Assembly (NCBI GenBank): GCA_963760795.1
Contig: CAVXEP010000002.1
Span: 1 to 64,000 of the forward strand
Direction of reading: 5' to 3'
Length of the DNA stretch: 64,000 bases
Source of the DNA: an uncultured delta proteobacterium
GTDB taxonomy: Bacteria > Desulfobacterota > Binatia > UBA9968
Every line of letters starts with the position of its first letter. Position 1 is the first letter of the stretch. The notes beneath the pieces are model-generated. The model worked only from the letters and a program-made list of their open reading frames with translations. It made no database searches and was not told where the DNA came from. Positions 61,357 to 64,000 of this stretch are shown here, piece after piece. The position numbers and the translations under genes were made by a program.

Positions 61357-61384
61357 TCCTCCATCGTCGATCCTCGACCCGGAC

Positions 61385-62476
61385 TCACTTCATCGTGCAA
61401 TGCGGATGATAATCCATCTTGCAACGCGCGCCCGCTTTCTTCATCGCCACTTCGAACTCGGCGTGGATCTGCGGATCTTCGTCTTCGTACTCGATCTGAT
61501 CGCCGCCTTCTTTGACGCTCTTGTAGACATACGCCTTGCCGCCGGCTTTCGGCTTATCGCTGCCCCAACCGATGGCGAGAAAGAACACCGGCTCGGCGCT
61601 GCCGTTGAAGTGCTGGTGAAACCACATTTCCGGCGGCACGAACACGCTGCCGGGACCCCATTCGACGCGCTCCAACGGCTTATTTTCATGCCAGAGGATC
61701 GAGTAGCCGGTGCCGCGGATGATCAAAACGTGAATGCCCGGACCATGGCGGTGCGCTTTCTTGTAAGCGCCGACGCCCCAGTGCGAGACATGAGACTTCA
61801 CCGTCTGCTTGACCATGCGAAACACCGTGCTCTTGGCGCCGCCGCCGCGATCGAAACCGCCGGAATAAGTCTCGCACACGCGCACGTCGGCGACGAAGTT
61901 GGTCGCCCACTGCTGCGCCGGGGCGGCTTGCTTGAAGTAACCGTCCTCAGAGTTGTAACGGTCTTTGAAGACAAAAGGATTCTCGAAAACGAATTCGTGA
62001 TTGTTGAACGTGTCGATCACCCGCGGCGCGCTAGTCATGGCGATGTAGCGCGCCGAATCCAAACCTGACGCGTTGTGATGCTCATGCCACGCGTTCATCG
62101 GGATCGCAAAATAGCTGCCCTCTTGCCACTCGAAGGTCTCTTTGTGGCTTGGGTCGATCCACACCGAAGTCGCGCCCTGGCCTTTGAGAATGTAGATGGT
62201 TTCCTCGAACAAGTGGCGGTGCGCCTTTAGCGATTTCCCCGGCGGGATTTCCGCGATATAGGAATCGTTAAAGCCGCCGGTGCCCTCTAGATTGAGAAAC
62301 GCCGCCATGCCCGCACCGCTGGACTTCCAGGGTGCTAACTCAACCGCGTTAACATCTTGAATCGCCAAACCGCGATAGGTCGGCAAGCCTTCGTCTTTTT
62401 TCCACTGTTCGTAGGGCGAAACATACGCAACCCGTTCCTTAACTTCATCTTCCGCCGTGACCGGTGTGTCTGCCAT
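61385..62476 (-). CDS. Bicupin protein (gentisate-dioxygenase-like architecture)
   Basis: HRHLFEE...G.G...P.NAWHEH and KAHRHGPG...GTGY...P.MWFHQH. Confidence 0.82.
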   Translation of the reverse strand: MADTPVTAEDEVKERVAYVSPYEQWKKDEGLPTYRGLAIQDVNAVELAPWKSSGAGMAAFLNLEGTGGFNDSYIAEIPPGKSLKAHRHLFEETIYILKGQGATSVWIDPSHKETFEWQEGSYFAIPMNAWHEHHNASGLDSARYIAMTSAPRVIDTFNNHEFVFENPFVFKDRYNSEDGYFKQAAPAQQWATNFVADVRVCETYSGGFDRGGGAKSTVFRMVKQTVKSHVSHWGVGAYKKAHRHGPGIHVLIIRGTGYSILWHENKPLERVEWGPGSVFVPPEMWFHQHFNGSAEPVFFLAIGWGSDKPKAGGKAYVYKSVKEGGDQIEYEDEDPQIHAEFEVAMKKAGARCKMDYHPHCTMK

Positions 62477-62565
62477 GTTTGTTTCCTCCGTTTTGATTTG
62501 ACTCAGTAATGCTTATGAAAAATACGCGATCACCTATGTGCCTATGTCCGATCTGCCATCCATCC

Positions 62566-63246
62566 TCATCCCACCGCCAACATCGCATCGGCGAGGGCGC
62601 CGCGCAAGGCGCGGTCGATCAGCAAGCCATCCCGCGTCGCCGCCAACACGGCCTGCGCCGCCGCTTCGCTGTCGACGTAGCGTTGGAAGATCGGCTCGAA
62701 GATATCTGAATGATCCTCGTCAGCCACCGCGTGAACTTCGGTCTGGAAATCCTTTTCCGCGATCTTCATTCCTAGCTCCGCCCGCTGCTTGCGCTTCCAG
62801 CGCTCGACCAAACCGCCGCCCTTGACAATGGCGTTGTTGTTGCGTCGTTCGAGGATATGCGAGTAGATCAAGCCCTCCAACCAGGGCTTCTCCCGCGCAC
62901 AGTAAAGCCAAGCGTAATGCGCGGCCTTGGCGCCGGGCGAGAGCTGCGACTCGTCGGCCAATTGCAAGTCGTCTTCGGTTACATGGGCGCGGCCCATGCG
63001 CTCGTCGTGGATCAGCTCGTCTTTCTCATGGGCCCAGATCGCCCGCTTGACTTCAAGCGGCGCCTTGCCGGAAACAAACGCCCAGCAGTCGCGCCGGTTG
63101 TTGGCATAGAAGGTCATATGATTTTGGTAGACTTCTACACGGCCAGGCGTGAGCTTCACGGCGAACAGTTTTTTGAACTCAGGGGTATCGAACTGCCGGT
63201 TGACCATTTCATCGATGGTCGGACGTATGTTGGGCCAATGAGACAT
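62566..63246 (-). CDS. Heme-oxygenase-like diiron protein (CADD/PqqC/TenA fold)
   Basis: HEKDE...RAH, ILER, and HAVADEDH (H-x3-D-x2-H); GGAG RBS before the ATG at 63246. Confidence 0.7.
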   Translation of the reverse strand: MSHWPNIRPTIDEMVNRQFDTPEFKKLFAVKLTPGRVEVYQNHMTFYANNRRDCWAFVSGKAPLEVKRAIWAHEKDELIHDERMGRAHVTEDDLQLADESQLSPGAKAAHYAWLYCAREKPWLEGLIYSHILERRNNNAIVKGGGLVERWKRKQRAELGMKIAEKDFQTEVHAVADEDHSDIFEPIFQRYVDSEAAAQAVLAATRDGLLIDRALRGALADAMLAVG

Positions 63247-63283
63247 GGTTAATGCTCCATAACTATTCACGATAAGAAGTCAT

Positions 63284-64000
63284 TCACGCAACCGAGATCT
63301 TGTACAACTGCGCCGCGTTCTGCCACAGGATTTTCTGTTTATCGGCGTCCGCCACGCCGGCGAAACTTTTCGCCAGCGCCGCTTGGGTATTCGGCCAGGT
63401 CGAGGTCGCTTGCGGGAATTGGCTCGACCATAAAATATTGTCCGTGCCGATATAGTCACGCACGCGCAGGCTGGCGCGATCGTACCAGCCGACCAAGTAA
63501 CATTGCCGTTTGAACAGCTCCGACGGCATGAGATCGTAGCCGTTCTGCGGCAACTGGTCGCCGGTGGCCTGAAAGTCGGTGTACTCCAGTAAATAGGCAC
63601 CCCAGCCGAGCCCGCTTTCGGCCAAGACGATTTTTAGTTTGGGGAAGCGCATTAAAATCTTCGAGATCAAAAGATTGACCAACACCGAAACCGAACTCGC
63701 CGGCCGGGTGATCGCCTCAATCGCCGCCACGGTGGCCGGCGCATAACCTTCATACGCGGGAATTTGAATCTTCGCCGACGCGCCGGCATGAAAACAGATC
63801 GGCACACCGAGCTCCTGGCACGCCGCCCATACCGGATCGTAAACCGCATCGTTAATATGCGGCAATTCGCGCAATTCCATGGGAATCGATGGATAGATTA
63901 CGCCGCGGTGGCCGTTGGCGACGCAGCGGCGGATTTCCGTAACCGTCGACTCGATCGGCGCCAGCGGCACGATGCATTGCGGCACGAAGCGTGGACTGAC
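63284..64000 (-). CDS. Amidohydrolase_2 family protein, 3' part; start lies beyond the window
   Basis: YDPVWAACQELGVPICFH, RFPKLKIVLAESGLGW, PSELFKRQ, LWSSQFP, QNAAQLY. Confidence 0.87.
   Translation of the reverse strand, partial: VSPRFVPQCIVPLAPIESTVTEIRRCVANGHRGVIYPSIPMELRELPHINDAVYDPVWAACQELGVPICFHAGASAKIQIPAYEGYAPATVAAIEAITRPASSVSVLVNLLISKILMRFPKLKIVLAESGLGWGAYLLEYTDFQATGDQLPQNGYDLMPSELFKRQCYLVGWYDRASLRVRDYIGTDNILWSSQFPQATSTWPNTQAALAKSFAGVADADKQKILWQNAAQLYKISVA

Noticed and set aside
1-64000. About 15 or more genes split by single-base indels, suggesting programmed frameshifting or mass pseudogenisation
   Set aside because: The indels hit unrelated genes at non-slippery sites, both halves stay intact, and there is no other decay. 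Long-read consensus error is the simpler explanation; short-read polishing would decide.

Overview
No rRNA, tRNA or CRISPR array was found. The window falls into three parts. (1) 1-~4376: very GC-rich and frameshift-ridden, looking alphaproteobacterial. It holds an IorAB-like molybdoenzyme pair, DUF3008, DUF6130, an epoxide hydrolase and a truncated CMD gene, and ends at an abrupt junction. (2) ~4376-10800: an accessory island. The 3' end of a membrane-anchored class III nucleotide cyclase gene occurs three times (the full gene plus two slightly diverged, 5'-truncated copies). The copies separate small cargo blocks: a GST; a HigBA-like TA pair; and a hypothetical protein, a transposase remnant and a MauJ/HEPN protein. 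The cyclase is translationally coupled to a double-CxxC AhpD-like protein. (3) ~10800-64000: a catabolic landscape resembling Candidatus Binatia MAGs (inference). It has ten solute-binding proteins with no permease, five amidohydrolases, two Rieske oxygenases, a hydantoinase A-B-B trio, an AOR, tandem ThDP enzymes, cupins and a heme-oxygenase-like diiron protein, plus SWIM-SNF2 and SWIB proteins, and no recognisable local transcription factor. Most intergenic spaces carry hairpin elements built from inverted 7-9 bp tandem microrepeats or REP-like palindromes, sometimes nested. Many genes are split by single-base indels, most likely long-read consensus errors. All family calls come from motif recognition by eye; no database search was run.
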